A stretch of DNA of 50,496 nucleotides from assembly GCA_026026165.1 (NCBI GenBank), contig JAPEUD010000033.1, forward strand, positions 186,001-236,496, written 5' to 3'. This document shows, piece by piece, positions 37,873 to 50,496 of this stretch; position 1 is the first letter of the stretch; every line of letters begins with the position of its first letter. Source of the DNA: Sarea resinae. Lineage: Eukaryota. The translations under genes were made by a program, and so were the position numbers. The notes beneath the pieces are model-generated. The model was not told the origin of the DNA. It was given only the letters and a program-made list of their open reading frames with translations, and ran no database searches.

Positions 37873-39287
37873 GGTGAGTAATCGCTATCGAAGATCATTC
37901 AACTCTTAGACTTCCAACGTCCTCGAAGCCCAGTAAGGTGGCGGAAGTAGAGGTCGAGTGAGGATGTGGTGGGATATGGTGGGTAATGAGAGGTTGGCTG
38001 ATTGAAACGTCGTCGTCGTCGTCGTCGTCGTCGCAGGTTGTGCTGGATGGTTCAGTATAGAACTGAGCCAGGGCAGTTTCGGTAAGGCAGCAAGCTCTCG
38101 TCGCAGGTCCTTGACCGAGTAAAGACGAAGAAGAGACGCAGTCGTCGTCCTGGGTATGAAGATGAAGATGATGATGGTGATGATGATGATACCTAGTGAG
38201 AGGTATGAGTGAAAAGTACAAGCTGGTGCAAACAATTGGGCAAGGGATTGAACGATGCTCGTGAAGTGTTGAAGCAGAAGAGGGGCGGAGGGGTAGGTAA
38301 GGTAAGGTACTCTGGTGCTAGGGTAAGGTCTGGTATCAGATAGGTGCAGAGTAAGGCAGGTGTTAGGTGTTAGGTGTTAGTGTATGATAGGTTTAGGCAC
38401 CGAAGCCAACGGCGACGGTACTCTAATGGCATTCACACAGCAGGACGAGCGGGTTAGACAGACGTGAATGACCTAATGACCTTGTGATTGGGAGCTGATA
38501 CGGCTAAGCTTTGACTCCTCCGCTCATCCCATTCATTCATTCACTCCAGGCTTCCGTCCTGGCCGTCTATCGATAAGCGGGGTTTCGTCACCACCCACCA
38601 CCCACCGCCCGGAGCGGGACGGGAGTACTTCTAAGCCGGTAGACTAAGCCTGCGGGAGCACCAGAGGATACCACTGACCAGGTACCGCGCTCGCATCCAC
38701 CCCATTCCGCTAGGAGCCCTGGAGCTCTTAGGGCCGACGCTACCAGATGACGAGCGATAAGGATCACCGTAAGGTAAGGAACAACAATGGAGTCGTTCGG
38801 GTCATCCACCAAAAGTTTCAGGAGGTCAAATCATGCCAGGGACACACCGTATCTTCGAAATGTAGATCGCTAGAGTATACTCATACAGCTGAGCCATCAC
38901 TCTCGGATATGAAGATCGATTAAAGCCACTACTACTATGTTCTAGAGAGATCGTTCCCCAGTCAGCTCCCAATATCCCGCCGCAGGCCCATGCTGCAGGG
39001 CTGGAACACGAAGAGCAGTAGAGTACAGATCCTCACGCGATGCATTATTGTACAGACCCTGGCCAGTCTCGTCCCGGGCTCGAAATCCATCGGTCGAGCA
39101 TTCGTAAGGGCCAATGGAGCTAGGAAGGAAATCATCATCGCAGAACAATACAAGATAGAGAGATATACAGGATGAAATGAAAGAAGCGCCCAAGTCGAGA
39201 CAGGATTGGCACCACGCATGCAGCCCGGCGGCGCTCATAGTACAGCTCTCGGACGACGACATGATCTCAGTCGCTCCGATCGAGTAT

Positions 39288-41453
<2,166 letters not shown>

Positions 41454-42047
41454 AATGCGTCGCCGGGGAGAAAAGGATCAGATGTATTATTATTACTAAG
41501 GGGAAATGGGAGGAAGATCAGCAGAAACTTTTGCAAGGAAATTGGCGGCGGTAGTGAAGGATGAGGTAAGGAATCTGATGAGTTGCGAAATGTTATGATT
41601 TCCTGTCGACTTCTTGTCCAATTTACGGAAGATTTCACGAGTAACGAAAGTAGTCGCTTCTGGCACGACCCGGCTACCGGAGCCGAACACGTCAGGTCAG
41701 GAAAGTCTCGTCGTCAGTCATTGGATTGGAGGTCGACGGGAGCTGAGCTATGCTACTCCTTGGTAGGATTCCTTGATAATTATAACTCGATGTCCCATCT
41801 CTTGGAAATCTGTCTAGCCATCTAATTTATCGAGAAAACCATTCTTATTTTTCAATTCATGTCTTCCGCATAGCTGACCTAGGTTCTCTCTCGTATCACG
41901 TGCTAACTTCATTTGCCTCTCGAAGCTATTGAACTTGCTCTTCAAAGCGGCACTGGCATTATCCACCGTCTGCAGTTTCCCTCTCAATGATTCTCTCTAC
42001 CTATTTCGTCTCTCCGTGGTTTTGAGAAGAGCCGCGCAATTCCAAGT

Positions 42048-43008
42048 ATGGCGGCAGTTGATGATGGGGCCGCTTTCGAGGACTTTGACCTATTCACGTC
42101 CATGCGCTATGACCCAATGCTGCTGGACTGCAAAGAAAACAGCGAATTGTACGGCGAGCCAAATCCGTACTATATGCTTTCATATCACCGAGACCGGATG
42201 CTTGCTGCAGCGCAACATTTTGGATGGGAGGAAGCCATTGCCACTTTGAATGGACAAGGAAGCTTGGCGTCATTGGCGACGGCTTTATCATCAAAGATTG
42301 ATCAGCATTGCGGTGTGGAAAGGACGAAAACTGTATTGAAAGTAGGCTTCTAGCTTCTGAACTGAGGTGGAGAAGGCTGATTTGTATCACTAGCTACGTA
42401 TTCTACTGAGTCGCGAGGGACATTTGACAATTGAGCCAACCGCAACTTCAGCCGTGCCCCTGGATGCACTCTATCCGACAGAACTGAAGCTTCACGATTC
42501 CTTTGTCCCATCATCCCGGACAGGTGGCGCCCTTCAGCTTGGGGCAGATGACAAGCTTCTGAAGTCGCCAAACGGTGACGAGAGCATTAAAAAGCCTAAT
42601 TCTGGTACCATACCAGGGCCATGGCATATTTTCATAGACTCAAAACCCACCAGCGTATCTCCCCTTACTAAATTCAAAACCACCTCTCGCGATATGTATG
42701 ATGCAGCACGCAAACGAGTTGGCATCCAATCATATCAGGATCCTTCAGAAGTAATCTTGGTCAATCCTGAGGGTGAAGTGATGGAGGGAAGCCTTACGAG
42801 CGTCTATTTCTTGCGCGGGGGCCGTTGGGTGACTCCGCCCACAGGTTCTGGAGGCCAAGCTGGTACTACACGAAGGTGGCTGCTTAGAAGAAATCTCTGC
42901 GTGGAAGAGACAGTCAATACTGATAGTATCAGAGACAAGGAGGAGTGTTATATAAGCAATGGTGTGAGAGGCCTTGTCTGGGGGCGGGTGCATCTGAGCG
43001 AGGTATGA
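42048..43008 (+). CDS. ABZ2: Aminodeoxychorismate lyase / aminotransferase class IV (~302 aa, 2 exons)
   Basis: Exons 42048-42341 and 42394-43008. LFTSMRYDP, LSYHRDRM, FKTTSRDMYD, EVMEGSLTSVYF, GTTRRWLL, SNGVRG. Confidence 0.85.
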
Positions 43009-43156
43009 AAAGACGCTCCTACAAACAGGACGTGATCAAGAGAGCCTGAGACGGGGAAGCCCATAATGAAGGCGTTGAGGTTGTGGCGTAGCAAGTCATA
43101 CCGAGGATCCTTCTATTCATAAGCTAAATGAAATCTATGGACTTGTCGACGAGTAT

Positions 43157-44577
43157 TCAGCTTTTTGCCTTTTTCTCTCCATTCGCATTCGGTATAGTCT
43201 CAACTGGGGCGTTCTCGTAATCTAATTTTCGTGGCGTCATGAATTCGTCTCTGAGCTCAGGGGTAATTTGCGCTCTTCGTTCCTGGAACTCTTTGACATA
43301 GACCTGCAACTCCTTGATGCATATTTGCTTCAGCTCTCCCGTCAGCATCTCTCCTTTACGGTAGGCAACCTTAATTCTTTCGAGCTCCGCATCATCTTCC
43401 AGGAAAAAGGTCAGGTACTGGAATGACACATCCACATCCGGGTTCCCCCCTAGGCGCCTTTGCTCTTCAGCTGAAGTCTGCCCTCCAGAGAATGCATACT
43501 TGTTGATCTTGTTTTTGATTTGGTTAGGTGTGTCTTTCATGAAAATTGCCGAGGTCTCATCGCTGGCAGACATTTTGCTGCCGGGTCCCTGCAGAGCCGG
43601 AAGGAAGATAGAGTGGATCAAAGCAGGCTTCTTGTACTTTATCCGCGGTGCTACTTCGCGTGTCTGGCGAAAATATGGATCTTGATCGATAGCGCAAGGA
43701 ATCAGGCAAGGGATGGAGGCGGCCTTTTTCTTATCATCACCAAAGATGTATGGATATGTCGTTGCAAAGGCCGTGGCACCCTGCACGGCGGCGAAATGGA
43801 TTTTCCCAATGCTGTCACTATGGAGGTTCAGCTTCGATATTGCCGTCAACCTGCAAAAGACCACAAACCTGTCATTGAAGCCAAATGTGCCCCTGATCTG
43901 ATTGAACGTGATGTGTTTTGACATCTTGTTGACATTTTGGTAAAATGCCGGACCCATAGACTCTAGATCGCTGAATATATATGTCTTCTTGACATCAAAA
44001 CCGCAAGCCATGATATCCATTGCGTTTTCTCGGGAAAATCTAATGACGTCCTCGTGCGTCAAATTCTTTTTGCTGTAGAGATATTTTTCGTCGTCTGTAA
44101 GCATGATAACAAGAGGGGCGTTGAAAACATCCTGCAACCATCTGCGCATTCATCAGCTACCGAAATCCAAATTGCTGGAAATACTCACTGGGTGAATCCG
44201 AAGGGAACGGTATGGCCAACGTGCATGCTATCGCTACTCGGACCTCTTCCGGTGTAGAGAAAGAAAGGCTGTTTCTTCTCGTAGCGATCGAGGATGCCTT
44301 CCAGATCTCGATGGCTGAAGACAATACCGCGCCTCAGGAAACGATGCGGCCTACGTCCGGTGACGCGCTCGAAGCGTTCCAGAAGCTCCTTACTTATCAA
44401 CCTCGTACCGAACTCGTCGACGAGCTTATTATAATCGATGGCAACGGCCACACCGTCTGCTCCAATGGCTCCAGATACTTCATGTGGCGTGATCCTCTGC
44501 TTTATCGATGAGTCTGGTGCTTTCTCCGCAAGAGAGAGATTGGTGAGAGCTGGTGGCTCAGTCGCTTGGTCTGTCAT
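43157..44577 (-). CDS. WRS1: Cytoplasmic tryptophanyl-tRNA synthetase (~440 aa, 3 exons)
   Basis: Exons 44577-44189, 44141-43869, 43817-43157. [15 protein letters not shown] (HIGH-like), [26 protein letters not shown]. Confidence 0.97.
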
Positions 44578-44788
44578 GTTCGCGATGCTCGTTTTTGTCC
44601 GCAAATAGTGGGGTACCAAGAGGGGCCGAAGGTCGCAACAGAAGAGTTTCCGCAGTTCTGTGAAAGCGATTTATGTCAGCAAATCTCGTCTACAAGGTGC
44701 TCGTAGGCCAAGGGAAATTTTGCCCTACAATTGGGAATTGTCGGGTCCGATCGTGAGGTTGAATGGGAATGGCAGCTTTGCGTGGTGG

Positions 44789-44794
44789 TGACTC
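44789..44794. promoter_or_regulatory. Possible Gcn4/CpcA element (TGACTC) in the WRS1/UPS1 divergent promoter
   Basis: TGACTC ~210 nt upstream of the WRS1 ATG. Aminoacyl-tRNA synthetases are typical Gcn4/CPC-1 targets, but a single hexamer is weak evidence. Confidence 0.25.
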
Positions 44795-45077
44795 TTAACG
44801 ATGGAGTTGGTGACAGTACGAGATTAGAATTGGAATATATTTCCGCGCGCAAGTCCGCAATCTGCAGGTTTTGCCGAGCTTTCATCTCTCTCCATACCAT
44901 CATCGTCACCCCACACTTTTTGTTCTCTTCCCCTGCCCTGCTGTGCTCCGTAAGAGTGCGCGTGTCAACAGCACCTCTCACCTTTCCTCCTTCCTTCCTT
45001 TCCCTTCTGACAACCTCACTATTTTCTCTTGTCTACTTCATTGTAATACTCAACTCGACCATGCTACGGGGGCGAAA

Positions 45078-45950
45078 ATGGTGAGATTTTACGAAAATAC
45101 GTTCACATATGACTATTCCTTCCCTGCCGTCACCCTTGCCTACTTTCTCCGCTATCCAAATCCTTACTCGAAACATGTCATCTCTACGGATGTCATCGAA
45201 CGCCGCTTCGACCCCGAAACGCAGCGCCTGCATACCTCTCGACTGCACCTCAAACGATCAAAACTACCGTCGGCGCTGCTGAAGATCCTTCCGAAGAGCA
45301 TACTGGGTCCCTCTGGCGGCGAGTCGCGACAAAGCTACATCCTAGAGACGAGCATCGTAGATGTTAGGGAGGGTTGGATGGAAACAGAGTCCCGAAATCT
45401 CGACTGGACCGGTGTCCTTAGTGTCATTGAAAGACATACCTATCGAAGGCCTTCACACAGCGCGACCCTGGTACCATTGAAGGGCTCGAACTGGACCGGT
45501 GATCTGGTTGAGCATGCCAGTGATGAGAAGACGGACGTCACGATTGGAGTCACTTTCCACTCGCGACTCGGGCAAGGCAAAAGTGCCAATCAGAAACTCA
45601 AACGTCAAGGACAAGATGCATATTCGCATGCTTCTAGTGATACAGAAGACCCGCCCGCCAAGGTGGGGTTCTTCAAGTCGTGGTCCACTGGCTCTATCCA
45701 GCGTTCCATCGAAATGGTCGGAGTCCGAAGGGCAAAGGAAGCGCTCGGGAGGAGTAAAGAGGGGATGAATGTCGTCCTGGATAGGCTGCGGCAAGGCGGT
45801 CTGGTCGGCGTTCTTGAAGGCATGCGAAGGGATCGCGAAACCGCCTTTGGGCCCGAGGGACACTGGAAGCGAGCCTGGAATAAGGGAGCTCAGCAGGCAG
45901 ATGGGAAAAGAGACGCTCTGATCGAGTTCGATCCTTTCGAGGACAGCTGA
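45078..45950 (+). CDS. UPS1: PRELI/MSF1-family mitochondrial lipid transfer protein, Ups1-like (290 aa)
   Basis: MVRFYENTFTYDYSFPAVTLAYFLRYPNPYSKHVISTDVIER and ESRNLDWTGVLSVIE match the PRELI domain. Confidence 0.88.
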   Translation: MVRFYENTFTYDYSFPAVTLAYFLRYPNPYSKHVISTDVIERRFDPETQRLHTSRLHLKRSKLPSALLKILPKSILGPSGGESRQSYILETSIVDVREGWMETESRNLDWTGVLSVIERHTYRRPSHSATLVPLKGSNWTGDLVEHASDEKTDVTIGVTFHSRLGQGKSANQKLKRQGQDAYSHASSDTEDPPAKVGFFKSWSTGSIQRSIEMVGVRRAKEALGRSKEGMNVVLDRLRQGGLVGVLEGMRRDRETAFGPEGHWKRAWNKGAQQADGKRDALIEFDPFEDS

Positions 45951-47561
45951 AGGGTTGAATGTGGAGCTGCCCTCGGCAGCGAGCCACTGAAGCACCCGAA
46001 CATCTCTCGGAGTGCCTGGTCTTTCGAAGACCGTGCTATAGCGATTGTACGAGCGAGGCGTTTGGACTGTTTGATTTTCCTTTCAAGTAATCTCTGTCTT
46101 ATCACACTTCTCAAAAGGGCGAGTTTGGAAGGACAACTCTTTGTATCATTAATTTGCCGGGAATGTCTCCCGCGAGGAAAGGAGCGGAAGTCACGGGGGA
46201 AGGCTGTCCTGGTCTCCCGGTTGACCTTTCATTAGTAGTGATATCAAGAAACCACACGCTATGTTGCTTTATTTTCGTCAAACATATGGCCCCCTTCTCT
46301 GTCATGATTTCCCATCTTTCACTTTGCGAGTATCGCGTCATCGAATTTAATCCCACGCTGCTCTGATTAGCTTTCGCTCCAATTCTCGTTCAAGTGGAAG
46401 ATGTTAGCTGTCCATCCAGAAGTTCGGGGAACAGCCTCCATCAGAAATGTGCCACATCCCTCAGGCAATGCGGGCGGGCTTGCATCCACCCACCCTCCCG
46501 TTCTAGCAAACCCACAATTGTCGCCACCGTGTAGGACCACACCGCTCTTCCTTACTACCCCCTCTTCATTCGAAAGCAAACCACAGGATCGAACCCAAAG
46601 AGGCGAGAAGATGGCACAGCGCCATCGCTTCTATGTCTGTCCACCTGACTGGGAAGGCATAAGACCTCAAGCCTACCTCCATGCTTGACCGTGCAATTAC
46701 GGTCGAAAGATAAGCGCTCCCGACATCTATTGAGACTACGGCTCCGCCATTCGATACCCAGCCCTATCTAGCTACGCTGGAGGCTCTTAGCTGTCGGAGA
46801 AGGCAGTGTTTCTAGCCGCTTACCGGCGGCGGTTGTAGAGGTTGTGGAGTAAGTCGAGTCTCAGGCTACATGTGGCGAAAGCTGTGCCAAAACCACAGCA
46901 TCTTTTACTTTTTGGCGAAAGAGCGGCAGAGCGCTCAAAAGAGGCACATGTGGCGGCCTTGGAGGCTATGGTAGAAATATAGTGAGGTAAGAAGACGGCC
47001 GTTTTTTCGAGGGCGTATCGGAATTCCAATATGCGCCTGAGCCACCATAGTCCAGCGCGCCTACCGAGCGATCGACGAAGCGTAATTAGGGTTAAGTAAT
47101 TACAAGGTGGGTAGCAGCTACATACGAGGCGGTGGTGTCTGAACTGTGCATGTACTCAGAATATCGTCTTTGGAGTTCTTTTGGTGCAACTTTCATGGAC
47201 TCATCACGAGCCGCTAGAGTCGATCAATAACCCGCGAAAATTTCCCACTCCGGTCAATGACAATTAGGATGGATCCATAATGGGCAGAGATTACTATTTA
47301 CGGGCATTTTGGGTAGTTTCATCGCTGGCCAAGCTTTGCCTCATGGAAACATGATCCTTCGTATGAACTTTACCGATATTGATGGCGCGATATAGAAAGA
47401 AGACCAAGCCGATTTGAGGCCCGTGGGCGCTTGTACGACGGTTTGGACACGACCATGTTGCCCATGGGGTGGGCGCGTTGGTGGAGGGTGCTTACCCGTT
47501 CTGGTAAGAATCTCACTATTGATAGCTAAGCAATAGCCGCGACCGGGATGTGATTGAGCGG

Positions 47562-47564
<3 letters not shown>

Positions 47565-47604
<40 letters not shown>
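47565..47604 (+). repeat. Poly(G) homopolymer, 40 nt
   Basis: Read directly; length may be unreliable. Confidence 0.85.
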
Positions 47605-48889
47605 CGCGGGGGGTGTGGGAGATCCGCCAAGGCAGCGCGCAGACCGGGTCCAGGGGTCCTAGGCTCACATCATGAGCGACGTTCTCGACATTTTGGAATA
47701 GTTCCGGGTCCACGACGGTGAGATGAGTGGAGACGTCTGCCTATCGCCATCATCGATGTTGAAACTTGCTAACCCACCAGAGCTGATTTCATATCATTCT
47801 GAGATATGCCACGTCCACTACAGCGCGAGCCGTTTCTCAATCGATGGCTAACGTGACATTCAGCATGTCGTTCATTCACAATCGATCTGGAAAAAGCAAG
47901 GCATCAGGTTTTCCAGAGAACGAGCAATGCTTTCTCCAGCAACAACCCTTTCCCCGCCAGAGCAGATTATCAACCCATGTGGCAGGATCGAAGCCAACTC
48001 TTCTTTGGCCACGCTCTGTCTGCTGTGCCGCTGTGCCGCAGAGCCCTAACGGAATCTAGTGATATTGCGAGGTAGTCAACCCGGAAAACAAAGAGACCTG
48101 CTGCCCACCAACTCGGGCCAACGCTGAAGCTTATGTACGGCACGGCCCTTTTCGGGTCATACGAACCACTGATTCTTTCTTGTCTATGCAAATCTCCCGT
48201 CCGTCTGATCTTTTGTGGCGTCCTTGTTTGCGCTTATTCTTAGTCTTGCTGTTTTTGGTACTTTTGGGGCCTTTTACTTTGCAGATGGTAAAGCGGGGTG
48301 TCCTCACAATCACACTGCCACTTTTGGATGTTCAGACGCCCAGACTCTGCCTTGCTTTGCCTTTGTGGGCAGGTGAGCCATGCAGCGTGCGGCAAGTATA
48401 GCTTGAATCGCCTTGTCGACCATATCCGTACGGCGTGAAGACCATACCTGAGATTTGGCAGGTGCACACCAGGGAGGGGGGCTGCTTTGGTGGGTGGGGG
48501 TGCTATTGTCGGCTCACCTCCCCCAATACTGGCTGCCTGCCGGGGCGCGTTCGGTGTGCGGGCAGTTTTCTGTCCATCCTTTGCTGCCATTTGCCGGCCA
48601 TTTGCTGTTTTCCGCATTCCATAAATGGCACACTGGCCGCAAATTCGGCTTGTTCAGAGGAAGTATAATAATGGCAGTATATCTCTGTCAATGAAGGACA
48701 TCATCAGCATCAACGATAAGTTCCCTTGAGTACACTTCCAGACTTCCTATCGATTTCTCTGCTCGTCATTTTCTACTTCTCCTTTGCCATCCTATCTCTT
48801 GGCCGTTCGTCTCGATTCTCATCTTCCAATCTCTCAAGCCTTATTTCTACCATTTATACTTCAGCATCTCCGCCATCTAGCGTTTCGAC

Positions 48890-49603
48890 ATGGCACAACA
48901 GCTCTCTGTCCTTGGCGGTCTTCTCGCCCTGTTCCTCCTTTTCAATTTCTCCCTTGCCCTCCCAACTGGAATTGACACCAACAATGTCATCAAGCATTCC
49001 GCCGTCACCCGCCGCGATCTTTCCTCTCTTACCCTCCCACAACCGGGAACTACACCCCTGCCATCGCCCGCAGCAGATCTGACTCTGAAATTGGTCGCCC
49101 TGGGTCGCGGTACGCAGAACTACACCTGCGCCAACAGCAGTGCAACGCCGACCTCCGTCGGTGCCCTCGCAACGCTCTTCAACGCCTCCGCGCTCGCAGC
49201 GGCCGACCTCCCGCTTCTCGACGAGACAGTCGCAGCCTCAGTCTATTTCCCAGACCCCTCGCACCCATGCACTTCCTTTACACTCCCGCCCGCCCTCACC
49301 TCCGCCATTGCTGGCCACCACTACTTTGCCGCCGACGGCACCCCCACCTTCGACCTGGGGAGCTTCGGATTCCTGAGAGGCATGAAGATCGCGGACTCGC
49401 CTGCGCCTGCCAACGCGCCGAACTCGCCGAATGGAGCGGGCGCCGTGGATTGGCTGGCGCTGACGGCCAAGACCGGTAGTTTTGGCGTCAGCGAGGTATA
49501 CAGGGTTGAGACTGCTGGTGGCAAGGCTCCGGCTTCTTGTGCCGGGGTCGGGAAGGCAGGCGTCCAGGTGGAGTATGCGGCCGAATATTGGTTCTATGGC
49601 TAG
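48890..49603 (+). CDS. Secreted DUF3455-family protein (237 aa)
   Basis: Hydrophobic signal peptide; ALGRGTQNYTC, GHHYFAADGTPTFDL, GAVDWLAL, VYRVETAGGKAP, EYAAEYWFYG. Confidence 0.88.
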   Translation: MAQQLSVLGGLLALFLLFNFSLALPTGIDTNNVIKHSAVTRRDLSSLTLPQPGTTPLPSPAADLTLKLVALGRGTQNYTCANSSATPTSVGALATLFNASALAAADLPLLDETVAASVYFPDPSHPCTSFTLPPALTSAIAGHHYFAADGTPTFDLGSFGFLRGMKIADSPAPANAPNSPNGAGAVDWLALTAKTGSFGVSEVYRVETAGGKAPASCAGVGKAGVQVEYAAEYWFYG

Positions 49604-50468
49604 AGCTCTGGGTTGGTGGTTTTCTGGGCGCCTTTTTATCAGTCTGGTGGATGTCTGCTTTGGATTGTTTTTGTCTATTATGGCTGGGGCTCACAGGGAG
49701 GTTTTCTGATTGGCATTTTCATCGCTGGGTTGGTGTGTTGTTTGCTTCACACACTCTCACGGTTTACACAATAACGTATATGATTTCCATTGATTTTCCC
49801 AGCTGGGTTTCTCTTGGCCTTGTCCTTTTCTTTGCTTTATGTTTCTCTCGTTCCTCGTCTCTTCTTTTTGCCACGCATCCCATCACATCACATCGCATAG
49901 CATAGCATAGCGTGGAGGAAAGGAGTACGGATACCCGTCATTCGGTGTTTCTTTTATCTCCACGCATCTCCGTTGCCCATTCTCGGTCCCCGGGGCGGGG
50001 CATGCATATGCATATGTCTCTTTCCCGTCATCTCGGTCATGTCGTTCCCATTCCCCCTTCTTCTCTCTCCGTTCTTCTCTATCCAGGTTTCCCGCTTCCA
50101 TCCTCTCTCCTCTTACCTCGTCGCCCTCACCTCGTCTTACCTGATCATACACACCCTTTCATTCCCTTCTTTTCTAGAGCCGCTCGCCTTCTTTGTTTTT
50201 CGTATTTACCGGTCTCGCGCGCTCTCATACGTTCTCTCTCTCTCTCTCGGTCTGTTTACTTGCTTGCTTGCTTGTTGGCTTGCGTCTTTGGCCTACTACG
50301 AGTATCGCTGCTATCGTCATTTTATCATTTTGGATGGTCATGTATGTCAGAATGGTGTGAGATATATGTTTGGGCTGGTGGGAGCGGTGGCGGTAGTGGT
50401 GACGGTGTATGAAGTGGAAGTTGTAGAGAGTGGGAGAGGATGAGGGGGATGACGGATAGAGAAGAGGA

Positions 50469-50493
50469 GGGGGGGGGGGGGGGGGGGGGGGGG
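50469..50493 (+). repeat. Poly(G) run at window end, 25 nt
   Basis: Read directly. Confidence 0.8.
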
Positions 50494-50496
50494 TGG

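Noticed and set aside
38360..38380. (TTAGGTG)n telomere-like repeat
   Set aside because: Under three units, not TTAGGG, and internal to a promoter region
46731..47053. GAGACTA and TAGTCC resembling group I intron R/S (P7) elements
   Set aside because: No convincing P/Q elements, no rRNA host, and a 5-bp match is expected by chance
50469..50493. Terminal poly(G) as a functional element
   Set aside because: At the sequence end; may reflect an assembly break or sequencing artefact

Overview
Genomic DNA of a filamentous ascomycete (Pezizomycotina, judged from short GT..AG introns with CTRAC/CTRAY branch sites, a Zn2Cys6 factor and RIP-like tracts). I assembled 16 protein-coding gene models by hand, checking splice phases, plus one intron-containing tRNA-Leu(TAA). 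Housekeeping genes are OSH3, an IFRD-domain gene, RRP4, TOM70, ABZ2-like, WRS1 and UPS1. Between OSH3 and the IFRD gene lies a ~17.5 kb accessory block with no PKS/NRPS backbone: SDR, SnoaL/NTF2-like protein, EthD protein, a stand-alone Fox2-type SDR and a Zn2Cys6 transcription factor. This is the best candidate for an undescribed regulated catabolic or tailoring module. Also notable: a two-exon gene missed by the ORF track that encodes a DnaJ-type zinc finger split by an intron; an atypical tail-anchored kinase; an 84-nt structured tRNA intron; a recurrent TACGGAGTA motif; and a hairpin-rich intergenic tract containing a telomerase-template-like 9-mer (weak). All family calls come from motif recognition, not database searches.
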